DNA from: Blastocystis sp. Blastoise
Taxonomy: Eukaryota > Protista > Bigyra: Opalinata
Assembly: GCA_039096225.1 (NCBI GenBank)
Contig: JBBPEB010000002.1
Coordinates: 62,001 to 126,000, forward strand
Length of the DNA: 64,000 bases
Direction of reading: 5' to 3'
Shown here: positions 30,461 through 50,300 of the stretch, piece after piece
Numbering within the stretch: the stretch's first letter is position 1
How the letters are laid out: each line of letters starts with the position of its first letter
Notes under the pieces: generated by a model
What the model was told of the DNA's origin: nothing
The model's database searches: none
Seen by the model: the letters and a program-made list of their open reading frames with translations, nothing else
Program-made: the position numbers and the translations under genes

Positions 30461-32120
30461 TACTATTTTATATATATATACTTTATTATATTTATATTTA
30501 TATACATTTCACTATCTCATATCATATATACTTTAATATAGCTATATATATAAACTAATATATATATCAATATACACTTTATTATATCTATTTATATATA
30601 CATTAATATAACTATATAATACACGTTAATATAAATAAATATATATACTTTAATATAAGGATAACAATAATCTAATTTAATACATTAATATTTTATCATC
30701 ATCTATGTATATATATTCTAGAATAATTACTATATGTATTCTAATATATATATATACATTAATATAAATATATATACTTTTATATAAGTAAACCTATATA
30801 TCATTTTACAGTATCTATTTATACATATAGTTTAATATAACCTTATCCATATATATTTTAATATATCTATATATAAATATCCTTTACTACATATATAATT
30901 TATTATATCTATATATATACATTAATATTAATTTATATTTATATACTTTAACAGAACTATTCTTATATGCACTTTAATATAACTATATGCATATATATTT
31001 ATCTAGATATGTATACTTTACTGTATAATATAACTATATATATATATTAATATACTATATACATTAATATAAATAAACATTTTCATAGCTATATACGTAT
31101 ATATATATAAATATATATATATATACTTGAATATCACTTTCTCTACACCTAATAGTTTTGAATTTGACTCAATCTATATATATATACTTTAGTACAGCTA
31201 TATATTTATACTTTGATTTATCTATAAATGATATATTTAAATATAGCTATATAAAAAAAATAAATATAAATATATACTTCAATATATCTAGAATAACTAT
31301 GAAATGAATTAAATTTCTAATTATCTAATCTATTATCTTCCAAGTAATAAGAGAGTATATAATTAATGTAAGAAGTATTGTGTTTCTAAAAAAATAAAAG
31401 ATAAAAACATATTTATATATAAAATAATATATATACAATAAAATAATAGAAAAACATTCTAAAACCTAAATAGAAAGTAAAATATGACTAAAGAAGAATA
31501 TATATACTTAATATATTGCAATTCATTCTTATTAAAAGATAGAAGAATGATAAATAACTAACATATGAAGAATACTATAGAAAAAATAAAATAAAATATA
31601 ATATTTAAATAAAATAATAGTTAAAGAACAAAATACTTAAAATTAATCATTTAACATATAATATATATATACTTGTTAATAGAATCCATTTGTTTACTAA
31701 TTCTAACCTCTATAACACCACTTGACCCAATAATAGTTTGTAATTAGCCAATTGACTAAGAAAGTCTTTTACTCCATATATATTAACAATTTTTTCTCTT
31801 CTATATAATATAAATATAGTGATGATTAGAAATAAATAACAAAATACCTTTAAAGACCAAAGTTAATCTGGAATCTGTTTTCGTCAATGATATTAAGATC
31901 TGGAAAGCACTGATTCTTTCAAATGAGCCCATCTTAAGTTTGCAAGAATCATTGAAAGCTCTATATAAATAAATTATTTTACAACATCAACGGAGATTTG
32001 TTATGAAATATACCTTTGATAGATTTTATCAATGATGGAGACACTGCTAAATAAAAAATAGAATAAATATAGAATAAAAGTAAATAAATAATGACTTACA
32101 AGGGCAATTTACTTTTTATG
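26900..32120 (-). pseudogene. Degenerate multi-exon host-like gene fragments carried in the MULE
   Basis: Several exon-like blocks bounded by host-type GTATAT...TATAG introns (e.g. ~31690-32050, ~28465-28790), with stops and frameshifts; product not identified. Confidence 0.4.
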
Positions 32121-33458
32121 GATAATAATTATTTATTTTGAAAAAATAGTATAATAGAGTTATTTCATTTTGATAACTCTCTCACTCAAGTACACAGATT
32201 TCAAGAACAATCCTAACCATTCATGAATGAATTTTGTAAAACTATAATAGAATAAAATATTCAACTATATTTATATACCTAACAACATACCCTTTCAGAA
32301 TTCATCAATCATAAGCCACTTCAACAGCATTATGATTTTTGGCAATGTATTTATTTCTATTCTATCTCTATCGTTTGACATTAACTGGAGATGTCCATAA
32401 CCCTCAATATACTACTTTTCCATAAATCTCAACTTTTTAAGTAAATTCGTGAGAATGTTTGTAACTAAAGACAATTAAATACAATAAACAAATAAAATAT
32501 ACTATAAATGAGTAGACACATTCAATCAATAATATATTAAGGCTTTTAAAGCACTTTGGGACGACTATTAAATCAAATACAAAATATGAAGTGAAAATAT
32601 TTTAATTTTTGGCTTATTTTTTTTGAAATTTAAGAATTAAATAAAATATACTATAGTAATTAAACTATTATGTTAATATTATAATAAAAATTAATTAAAT
32701 ATTCTACTATGTTTATTTAGAATAGATAATACCTTTTAGGTCATACTGTCCTTCTTAATTTGTTGATATTGGCTTTCCAAAACACAATTGGCTTCTCTTG
32801 TATATTTTATTCTCTTTATTATTGCTATATAGTCTACTGTACATCTACTATAGGACAAAACAAACCATTAACATATTCAGTATTCAACATATTCTTAACA
32901 AATCATTTACATGTTGACAACTACTCACTTAAAACTACTCTCCAATGGATTTGATCAATGAATAATTACTTTTCAAACTCGTCTAGTCCATGTTTATGAA
33001 ATAGTTACACATTTGGTTAATTCATTGTAACTCAAATGTTTCCAAATACTAGATTCTATTTGTTAAGAGTCTTAGAACTTCTATTACGTTGTGTTCAAAG
33101 TATATATAATTCTTTTGCTTTGTTTTTATCTATAATCTGATTGTAATTTGTTTTTTAAGTTGTTATTTTTTATATATTATATTGTATTTTGTCTATAGTA
33201 TGAGATAAAACGTTTATTGTTCACTGGTGTCTTATTTATAGTATATATATATTATTATTATTTGTTAAATATTTTATATTTAATATACTTACTATATATA
33301 GTTCTTAACTCATACTAAAAAAGACTAATTATGGATGGTATCATATTAGATTATGATAGAAAACATTTGAGATAAGATATTGATGGTTTTCTGTATCGTT
33401 CAAGCTTATATATATAATCTTATTTTGTAAAGAAATATTTAATAAGGATTTATTCTTT

Positions 33459-33515
<57 letters not shown>

Positions 33516-34195
33516 TCGTTTATTGTTATATAGTATTGAACGTTATTGTTTATTGATATATAGAAAGACAGATTTAAGAATGATGAACTTAACAAGAATA
33601 GAACAATGGGTTATGTATATATATATATATATGGAAGTATGTTTATATTATTTTGAATATAATTATTGATTAAATAAAAAGTGTTTATATATATATATAT
33701 ATATTATATATGAGTATTATAAAAATAGATTTAAATAAGATATATATGAATAATACTTTGATAATTAGTTAAATTATATAAATATATTTGTTTATAGTAT
33801 TAGAGATAATATGGAAAATAATATTGATAAATGATTAATCAAAACGAGTCATTTTAACCTGGTCTTCAAGTGGTATGGCACGTTTCACATGAGCAACCTT
33901 TTTATACTTCTTATTCATAGCCTCTTCTGCCTTTCTCTTTCTTCTAATAGTGGCAGGCTTACCTTTTGACTGTAGAGCATAAAGAGGCTTCAGAATCTTA
34001 GAACATGGCGTTTGTGACAATATCTCGTTATCAATGACACTATATAGTATTAGCTAATAGTATATATAATATGTTTATTATATTTATATATATATATATC
34101 ATAAATGATATAAATGATATAAATGATATAGATAATATAGATGATATATAGATAGTATATATAGTGATATATAGAAGGAATATGTAGTATATATA

Positions 34196-34494
34196 GATAA
34201 TATAGATAATATAGATAATATAGATAATATAGATAATATGGATAATATAGATAATATGGATAATATAGATAATATAGATAATATAGATAATATAGATAAT
34301 ATAGATAATATAGATAATATAGATAATATAGATAATATAGATAATATAGATAATATAGATAATATAGATAATATAGATAATATAGATAATATAGATAATA
34401 TAGATAATATAGATAATATAGATAATATAGATAATATAGATAATATAGATAATATAGATAATATAGATAATATAGATAATATAGATAATATAGA
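34196..34494. repeat. (GATAATATA)n 9-bp tandem repeat in an AT-rich low-complexity intron-like tract
   Basis: Directly visible; source of the spurious (DNI)n ORF. Confidence 0.95.
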
Positions 34495-36769
34495 TGGTAT
34501 ATAGTGATAATATATAGTATATATAGGTGCTACAGACGATATATAGATAATATAGATAATGAATATATAGTATATATAAATGATATAAGATTATATAGAT
34601 AATATAATATAATATATAGATGATATAGATACTATATAGATGATATAAAAATATATATAGAAAGAATAGATAGTATTTATAGATACTATATAGAGGAATA
34701 TATAGTATATATATAGTATATATATATGATATATAGAATGAATATATAGTATATATAGTATATATAGAATGAATATATAGAAGGAATATATAGTATATAT
34801 AGAAGGAATATATAGATAATATATAGAAGGAATATATAGTATATATAGAAGGAATATATAGTATATATAGATGATATATAGAAGGAATATATAGTATATA
34901 TAGTGATATATAGAAGGAATATGTAGTATATATAGATTATATAGATAATATATAGAAGGAATATATATGATATATAGTATATATAGATAATATATAGAAG
35001 GAATATATAGATAATATATAGAAGGAATATGTAGTATATATAGTGATATATAGAAGGAATATGTAGTATATATAGATAATATAGATAATATAGTATATAT
35101 AGATAATCTAGATAATATAGATAATATAGATGATATAGATGATATAGATGATATAGATATTATAGATAATATAGATAATATAGATGATAATACATAGAAG
35201 GAATAGATAGTATATATAGATGAAATAGATATTATTATAGATTATATAGATTATATAGATTATATAGATGATAAATAGAAGGAAAAGATTATAAATATAT
35301 AGATAATATATAAATGATATATAGATTACTTATGGAAGAAATAGATGATATATAGATATTATATGGATTCAATATAGAAGGAACAGATTATATATGGAAT
35401 GAATAGATAAATGAAGGAATAGACGGTATATAGGTAATATATATAGTATATAGATAACATATGGATGGTATATATATGATATATAGTAATATATACATAA
35501 TATATAGGAATAGATAATATAATGAAGAAATATATTATCTATAAAATGAATAAATAATATATAGATAATATATAGATGGTATATAGATGTATATGGATAT
35601 ATTGAAATATCGATAATTAATATAAGGAATAGATGAAATATATAAATAATAGATAGAAAGAATAGATGATATATATAGTATATAGATATACATATATGAT
35701 ATATATATAATATATATAATAATATATAGATGATATATAGATAATGGATAGAAGGAATAGATGATGTATATAGTATATAGATAATACATAAATGATATAT
35801 ATATATATATAATATATATAATAATATAATATTATAAATGATATATAGATAATGGATAGAAGGAATAGATGATATATATATAGTATATAGATAATACATA
35901 AATGATATATATATATATAATATATATAATAATATAATATTATAAATGATATATAGATAATAGATACAAGTAATAGATAATATATATAGAAGGAATAGAT
36001 GATACATAGATGATATATAGAAGGAATAGATTGTAAATAGAATGAATACATGATATATAGATAATATATAATTGGTATATATATGATATATAGATAATAT
36101 ATAGATAATATATAGATAATATATAGATGATATAAAGATGATATATATAGATACTATATATGTGATATATATAGAAGGAATAGATGGTATAAAGATAATA
36201 TATAGAAGGAATAGATAATACATAGAAGGAATATATGATATATAAATGATATATAGATAATATATAGATAATATATAGAATGAATATATGATATATAAAT
36301 GATATATAGATTATATATAAAAAATATATAGATAACATATATATAATATATAGATATTATGTATATAATGTATATAGAATGAATAGATGATATATATATG
36401 ATATGTAAATGATATATAAATGGTTATAGGTAATATATATATGACATATAGATAATATATATATAATAATAGATATTATGCATATGATGTATATAGGATG
36501 AATCGAAGGTATATAGATAATACATAGAAAGAATAGATCATATATAGATGATATATAGTAATATATAGTAATATATAGATATAAATGGTATATATATAGA
36601 TAATATATATATGATATATATAGATATTATATATGTGATATATATAGAAGGAATAGATGGTATAAAGATAATATATAGAAGGAATAGATAATACATAGAA
36701 GGAATATATGATATATATATGATATATAAATGGTATATATATATAATGTATATATAAATTTTATTATAT

Positions 36770-37430
36770 ATTATATATATATATGTAAAATGATATAAGG
36801 ATATATATAAAGATGTAGATGAGTTATATATTGATGTAAATGGTCTTTAGATTCATCTGTGATATAATGTTATATATATATACTATATATATTCTATATT
36901 AGTACTATATATAGTATATATAGAATATATATACTATATTATAATACTTATATAGAATATATATGTTATATAGAATATATAAATAGTACTTATATATAAT
37001 ATATATATATATAATATATAGTATATATATAACCAATATACATAAAGATATGTATAACTTGTATTATAAAGATGCTTAATTATTATAACTACGAAGAGAT
37101 ATTATTTTTTTATGTAAAACCGTTCTATATACTAGTTATATATATCTTTATGTATATAGATTATATCTATACTATATATACTATATATCATATATATATG
37201 TTCCATATAAGTACTATATATACTCTATATAATATATATATTCTATATAAGTATTATAATATACTATATATAGATGTATATATTATATATAGTACTAATA
37301 TAGAATATATATAGTATATATATAAAATTATGTCACAAATACATTCAAAGACCATATACATCAATATATAACTCATCTACATCTTTATATATATCCTTAT
37401 ATCATTTTACATATATATATATAATATATA
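36770..37430. repeat. Internal AT-rich foldback
   Basis: ATGTAAAATGATATAAGGATATATATAAAGATGTAGATGAG... at ~36783 recurs as its reverse complement at ~37330-37412; the arms continue inward with divergence. Confidence 0.7.
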
Positions 37431-40112
37431 TCATATATATACCTGTAATGACAAGAGCTACACTACTGAGACCCATGAAAGTACCATCAAGAAAAGATAC
37501 TGATGGAGATAAAGTTAATAGACTTATGTTACCTACTATCATGGTATAATATGATAACAAACAAAGATCCTTAGGTATACTTTGACTATTCAAAGCTATT
37601 TCATTATTGGTTTTCTATTTACCAAATAATGTGAAGAATACTTAATATTTTATATTCATTTTATTAACTACTTCTATTATTAAAACGATATAACTATATG
37701 AATTTTCATTAAGTATAATATTAGTAACAGCATAATGAATATTGTTGTAGTTAATTTTAGGAAATCTCTCTCTTATCCTCTTCTTAGCTTAACCTATAGA
37801 TATGGTCTTAAATTCTGAATGACTCTTTAATAATTCAGAACAAATGTATCATTTAATGGATCAGAGCGTCAGTTTATATTCTGTTTTTATAAAGACTATA
37901 TTAATTGTATAAGTAGATTGATCCAATAATGATTGACATTTATTTATGTCAACAGTATATACAATTTTTGTATTTATTAATAAAGCTTGAATCATATCAT
38001 TTTCCATATATCTCTTCACAAATATCGTTTTTCTCTTCATCTATATAATCTTCATGTTGAATATAATTAAAAGAAACTATATTATTATTATCTCTATTAT
38101 TTAGAGTCTGTAGAAGCTTATCTATATATGATGAATTAGTAATATCAACTGAAGATGTAGACTCTTTAATTTTATTAATTAATTCTTCTTCATCTTTTGC
38201 TAAATTATCATCTATATCTTGTTCTATATATACTTCCTCTTCTATGTTAAAAAAGTATTTATTTTAGTAAAACTTTGATTATTCATTTGTTTCATGAATT
38301 TTTTTTTCAGATTTTGAGAAGTTTTACATTCTTCTTGTGTTATTGTAATAGAAGTATAATTAGAATTTATACTATCATTAGTATCATTTGTTTGATTATT
38401 GATTGAATCTGATATCATATCTTTATAGTAGTCATATGATGATTCTCTTATACTATTATATTTAAATAATTCTATATAATCAGCATCATGTTTTGAATAT
38501 TTCTATAAAAATCTTATGTTAATAATAATAGTTACTACATTTATTAATTTAATAATATATATAATATATATAATATATATAATATATATAATAATACATA
38601 ATAATATATAATAATATAAGATATATAAAATAATATATAATAATATATAATAATATATAAAATAATATATAATAATATAAAATTATATATAATAACATAC
38701 AATAATATATAATAATATAAAATTATATATAATAACATACAATAATATATAATAATATATAATAATATATAATGATATATAATAATACATAGTAATATAT
38801 AATAATATATATAATAATATATAATAATATAAAATTATATATAATAACATACAATAATATATAATAATATATAATAATATATATAATAATATATATAATA
38901 ATATATAATAATATATAATAATATATAGTAATATATAATAATATATAATAGTACTTCTATAATAATAATGTATAACAATATATAATAGTATTTCTATAAT
39001 AATAAATATAATAATAATAACCATTTTATAAAATATATTTATATCTTGAAAATGATAGTATTCCAGGTGATAACCATCATCGTAAAAATTATATTGATAG
39101 ACGCAATTACATTCTTGAATTAGGCAACGGTATCAAATAGAGGTACCTAACACTCTCTCTATAATAATAATTTGACCATTAACACTCCAGGAGTAGCCAA
39201 TGAAAATATCCATCTCTTGTCGTGAATGGAACACATCATTAACTCCAAAATGTTCTAAACAAGCAATGTTTGCTAAAATGACATTGATATAGTCATCGTC
39301 TTACTTATAAAACCAATTAAAGTCATTTTGAGCTACCCACGACACATAATGAGTAACATACATGGATGGGACTCTTGTAAAAGATGCTTTCGTTAAAGGA
39401 TTCATTACTCTGGTGTCTTTCGATCGTTTCTAAAGAGTTTATAAATTAGATAAAACGTCCTTACAGTAATCATGTTGGGAATCTGTTTAATAAACTTATA
39501 AAAATTCATATTTTGAACTCTGTCAACTATTGCATTATAAATCTCGTCACAAGACTCCATAATACTCGTCAACAACGTCAAATATAGAATAATTAATATA
39601 AACAAAGAATTGTGCTTTTTTTTCCCTTAATTATTTTCTCTATAATTTACAACAATAAAAACACTGCCATTTTGTCAAGTTTATCGCGGTAATAATAGTA
39701 CTGAAAAATAGACTGTCCTGAGTCAAGTTTTACAATTTAGAGCGTCCTGAGTCAATTATCTCTATAAAAAATATGTTATCCCCATAATTATTTTATACAC
39801 CTAGTCATACTCGGAGACGTTGGGATATCCCCATACCCTACTGTATTGTCTGACTTTTTAACAATTCTACTGTATAGGCTGATTTATCTCGAAAAAAGGC
39901 GTTTTTCCACTATCGTCCGACACTTTTCCACAAGAACCTGAGAACGTCTGTATTTAATTCAAGTTTCTACTGAGAATACTCAGGGTTTTTCCCACAAAGA
40001 CACAGTATTTTTCCTAAATAACTTTGGTTTTTCCTGAAAAGTTTAAAAGAAATCTCCAACGTCTTAAAATTTATAAAATAGCTCTAATATTAAAAATACT
40101 ATAAATACAAAT

Positions 40113-45594
<5,482 letters not shown>

Positions 45595-45770
45595 GAATAT
45601 ATATATATATAATATTATCATTGTTTTCTATTCTATATATTTTTATAAGAAAAAGTTATATTTATCTTTTCTTTTCTTTTATCAATGTCATTTATTGTTA
45701 TGCAACATGCTTTTAATATATATATAAGTGATAATAACAACTTATTTCCTATTGTGTGCTATCATCAATA

Positions 45771-45780
45771 TTGTTTTGTT
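45771..45780 (+). terminator. Putative polyadenylation-associated motif TTGTTTTGTT of DDX46
   Basis: Same motif follows most ORFs in the window on the coding strand. Confidence 0.6.
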
Positions 45781-46138
45781 TTTATATATCACTACCGTCG
45801 TTATTTTTTTTTTCGTAGAAAGGTAGTTTGAAGTTTTAGTAAGGTTTCCCCAATAATGGTTTCGTGAAAACATGGGAATAGGTTTTCGTGATTTTGCCGA
45901 CAAGGAAAACAGTGAATGAGGATGACACACCCTAAAATGCCGAGAGTTTTACCGAGATATTTGTCCGCCAAAAGTCTAAATATAAGAATTTTTAGCGTTC
46001 ATTTTTCAGTCATTTTTTAGGGTTATCTTATTCATTTCTAGCTTAATAAACGTTCATATAACAAAACAAACACATATATATAATATAAAACATATAATAA
46101 ACATATAATAGACAAATAATAATAATAATAATAAACAT

Positions 46139-46830
46139 TTAAATGGAACCAATCAACACTTGTAACACACTCACTATGCATGGCCACCTATATAAAGATG
46201 ATTATAATAATACAGAACAATAATTAATTATCGTAAATATTTAAATAGCAAAAAATCAAATACTAAAAATTAAAATAATAAAATATATATATATACCTCT
46301 TTCTTATTAAATTCAGGCGTAACAATAACATCATAGATACCTCATAACAATAAAACTATATATACATTAAAATATTACACAATTAATAATAGAATAGAAA
46401 AATATATACCATTGCAAAATCCAAAACATATTATAATGTCTCATTTGTATTCACATATAATATTCATCTATATATAATAATGATTAGATACATTAATGAT
46501 AATTAATAATAGTAAAAATAATAAATATATATATACACTAAAAGCTATATAAATATATATGTGGGGTTAGTTAAAATAGGATAAAGACAAGAAATATAGA
46601 TAAATATATACCATTCAATAAAATAGTCTTTCTGAGTCAAACGAATCCTTGCAATCTATATAAAATAGAAATAAGATATATATAAAATATATAAGTATAC
46701 AGAAAGCCAACATTAGAGAAGACAAGCAAGGCCAATCGTGCCAATAAACAACGTTATCTTAACTTCAAACGAGTACCATATGAATATCAAGCAGAAGCAA
46801 ATCAATATCTTTAACTATTGTAAACATTAA
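46139..46830 (-). pseudogene. Degenerate spliced gene fragment, possibly WD40-like
   Basis: Five short exon-like blocks with GTATA..TAG introns; last block reads HSECVTSVDW; frames broken; 3' motif at ~46060; its upstream side abuts MULE copy 2. Confidence 0.35.
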
Positions 46831-47033
46831 TAGTTTAAAGATGATTCAATAACATAAATAAAATATATAAAAGCAATGTAGATTAAATAGCAATAAATGA
46901 GTATGACAGGAATTCAAAAGATATGGGGCAAATTAATAAAATAAACAAGAATAAACAAGATTCATTTTTGAGATAATTGACTCAGGACGCTCTAAATTGT
47001 AAAACTTGACTCAGGACAGTCTATTTTTCAGTA

Positions 47034-47175
47034 GGCGTAATTCACACTCAGCATAGTAGAAGGTGTTTTCTTTAGAGTATGCATAGTAGACCAGGCCAAT
47101 AGGCGGGTAGCCTATTGGCCAAACTATGCTGAGCATGAATTTTTTCGTCATACTATGCTGAGCATAAATTATCCC
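47034..47175. mobile_element. 142-bp MITE with 10-bp target-site duplication
   Basis: Absent from copy 1. Flanked by TTTTTCAGTA at 47024-47033 and 47176-47185; imperfect 25-bp TIRs (20/25 match); central hairpin GGCCAATAGGC..GCCTATTGGCC. Confidence 0.9.
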
Positions 47176-47323
47176 TTTTTCAGTACTATTATTACCGCGA
47201 TAAACTTGACAAAATGGCAGTGTTTTTATTGTTGTAAATTATAGAGAAAATAATTAAGGGAAAAAAAAGCACAATTCTTTGTTTATATTAATTATTCTAT
47301 ATTTGACGTTGTTGACGAGTATT

Positions 47324-50300
47324 ATGGAGTCTTGTGACGAGATTTATAATGCAATAGTTGACAGAGTTCAAAATATGAATTTTTATAAGTTTATTAAACA
47401 GATTCCCAACATGATTACTGTAAGGACGTTTTATCTAATTTATAAACTCTTTAGAAACGATCGAAAGACACCAGAGTAATGAATCCTTTAACGAAAGCAT
47501 CTTTTACAAGAGTCCCATCCATGTATGTTACTCATTATGTGTCGTGGGTAGCTCAAAATGACTTTAATTGGTTTTATAAGTAAGACGATGACTATATCAA
47601 TGTCATTTTAGCAAACATTGCTTGTTTAGAACATTTTGGAGTTAATGATGTGTTCCATTCACGACAAGAGATGGATATTTTCATTGGCTACTCCTGGAGT
47701 GTTAATGGTCAAATTATTATTATAGAGAGAGTGTTAGGTACCTCTATTTGATACCGTTGCCTAATTCAAGAATGTAATTGCGTCTATCAATATAATTTTT
47801 ACGATGATGGTTATCACCTGGAATACTATCATTTTCAAGATATAAATATATTTTATAAAATGGTTATTATTATTATATTTATTATTATAGAAATACTATT
47901 ATATATTGTTATACATTATTATTATAGAAGTACTATTATATATTATTATATATTACTATATATTATTATATATTATTATATATTATTATATATATTATTA
48001 TATATATTATTATATATTATTATATATTATTGTATGTTATTATATATAATTTTATATTATTATATATTATTATATATATTATTATATATTACTATGTATT
48101 ATTATATATCATTATATATTATTATATATTATTATATATTATTGTATGTTATTATATATAATTTTATATTATTATATATTATTGTATGTTATTATATATA
48201 ATTTTATATTATTATATATTATTTTATATATTATTATATATTATTATATATTATTTTATATATCTTATATTATTATATATTATTATGTATTATTATATAT
48301 ATTATATATATTATATATATTATATATATTATTAAATTAATAAATGTAGTAACTATTATTATTAACATAAGATTTTTATAGAAATATTCAAAACATGATG
48401 CTGATTATATAGAATTATTTAAATATAATAGTATAAGAGAATCATCATATGACTACTATAAAGATATGATATCAGATTCAATCAATAATCAAACAAATGA
48501 GACTAATGATAGTATAAATTCTAATTATACTTCTATTACAATAACACAAGAAGAATGTAAAACTTCTCAAAATCTGAAAAAAAAATTCATGAAACAAATG
48601 AATAATCAAAGTTTTACTAAAATAAATACTTTTTTAACATAGAAGAGGAAGTATATATAGAACAAGATATAGATGATAATTTAGCAAAAGATGAAGAAGA
48701 ATTAATTAATAAAATTAAAGAGTCTACATCTTCAGTTGATATTACTAATTCATCATATATAGATAAGCTTCTACAGACTCTAAATAATAGAGATAATAAT
48801 AATATAGTTTCTTTTAATTATATTCAACATGAAGATTATATAGATGAAGAGAAAAACGATATTTGTGAAGAGATATATGGAAAATGATATGATTCAAGCT
48901 TTATTAATAAATACAAAAATTGTATATACTGTTGACATAAATAAATGTCAATCATTATTGGATCAATCTACTTATACAATTAATATAGTCTTTATAAAAA
49001 CAGAATATAAACTGACGCTCTGATCCATTAAATGATACATTTGTTCTGAATTATTAAAGAGTCATTCAGAATTTAAGACCATATCTATAGGTTAAGCTAA
49101 GAAGAGGATAAGAGAGAGATTTCCTAAAATTAACTACAACAATATTCATTATGCTGTTACTAATATTATACTTAATGAAAATTCATATAGTTATATCGTT
49201 TTAATAATAGAAGTAGTTAATAAAATGAATATAAAATATTAAGTATTCTTCACATTATTTGGTAAATAGAAAACCAATAATGAAATAGCTTTGAATAGTC
49301 AAAGTATACCTAAGGATCTTTGTTTGTTATCATATTATACCATGATAGTAGGTAACATAAGTCTATTAACTTTATCTCCATCAGTATCTTTTCTTGATGG
49401 TACTTTCATGGGTCTCAGTAGTGTAGCTCTTGTCATTACAGGTATATATATGATATATATTATATATATATATGTAAAATGATATAAGGATATATATAAA
49501 GATGTAGATGAGTTATATATTGATGTATATGGTCTTTGAATGTATTTGTGACATAATTTTATATATATACTATATATATTCTATATTAGTACTATATATA
49601 ATATATACATCTATATATAGTATATTATAATACTTATATAGAATATATATATTATATAGAGTATATATAGTACTTATATGGAACATATATATATGATATA
49701 TAGTATATATAGTATAGATATAATCTATATACATAAAGATATATATAACTAGTATATAGAACGGTTTTACATAAAAAAATAATATCTCTTCGTAGTTATA
49801 ATAATTAAGCATCTTTATAATACAAGTTATACATATCTTTATGTATATTGGTTATATATATACTATATATTATATATATATATATTATATATAAGTACTA
49901 TTTATATATTCTATATAACATATATATTCTATATAAGTATTATAATATAGTATATATATTCTATATATACTATATATAGTACTAATATAGAATATATATA
50001 GTATATATATATAACATTATATCACAGATGAATCTAAAGACCATTTACATCAATATATAACTCATCTACATCTTTATATATATCCTTATATCATTTTACA
50101 TATATATATATAATATATAATAAAATTTATATATACATTATATATATATACCATTTATATATCATATATATATCATATATTCCTTCTATGTATTATCTAT
50201 TCCTTCTATATATTATCTTTATACCATCTATTCCTTCTATATATATCACATATATAATATCTATATATATCATATATATATTATCTATATATATACCATT

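Larger units (their letters stand above)
33835..39560 (-). pseudogene. Internally deleted MuDR-type transposase relic
   Basis: N-terminal Zn-finger-like FHSRQEMDIFIGYSWSV...YRCLIQECNC (with stops/frameshift), first catalytic Asp motif VSFLDGTFM (~37470-37500), C-terminal ILKPLYALQSKGKPATIRRKRKAEE. Second Asp, Glu and SWIM not found. Confidence 0.7.
25822..39762 (-). mobile_element. Non-autonomous Mutator-like (MULE / Pack-MULE-like) element, copy 1
   Basis: Perfect 51-bp TIRs GAGATAATTGACTCAGGACGCTCTAAATTGTAAAACTTGACTCAGGACAGT at 25822-25872 and 39712-39762; MULE transposase relic inside; second copy in the window. Confidence 0.85.

Noticed and set aside
34238-39024. Long Y/I/L-rich and (DNI)n ORFs, plus mirrors at 47860-52529
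   Set aside because: Translation artefacts of AT-rich low-complexity repeats.
39763-40112. GC-richer motifs upstream of DDX46 and at 45840-45980 as transposon ends
   Set aside because: I could not pair them as inverted or direct repeats; they may simply be promoter or intergenic DNA.
46875-46886. 12-bp reverse-complement match (AATGTAGATTAA) to the right flank of MULE copy 2 (60947-60958)
   Set aside because: Found post hoc, AT-rich and ~83 bp from the element end. I could not build a simple TSD model from it.
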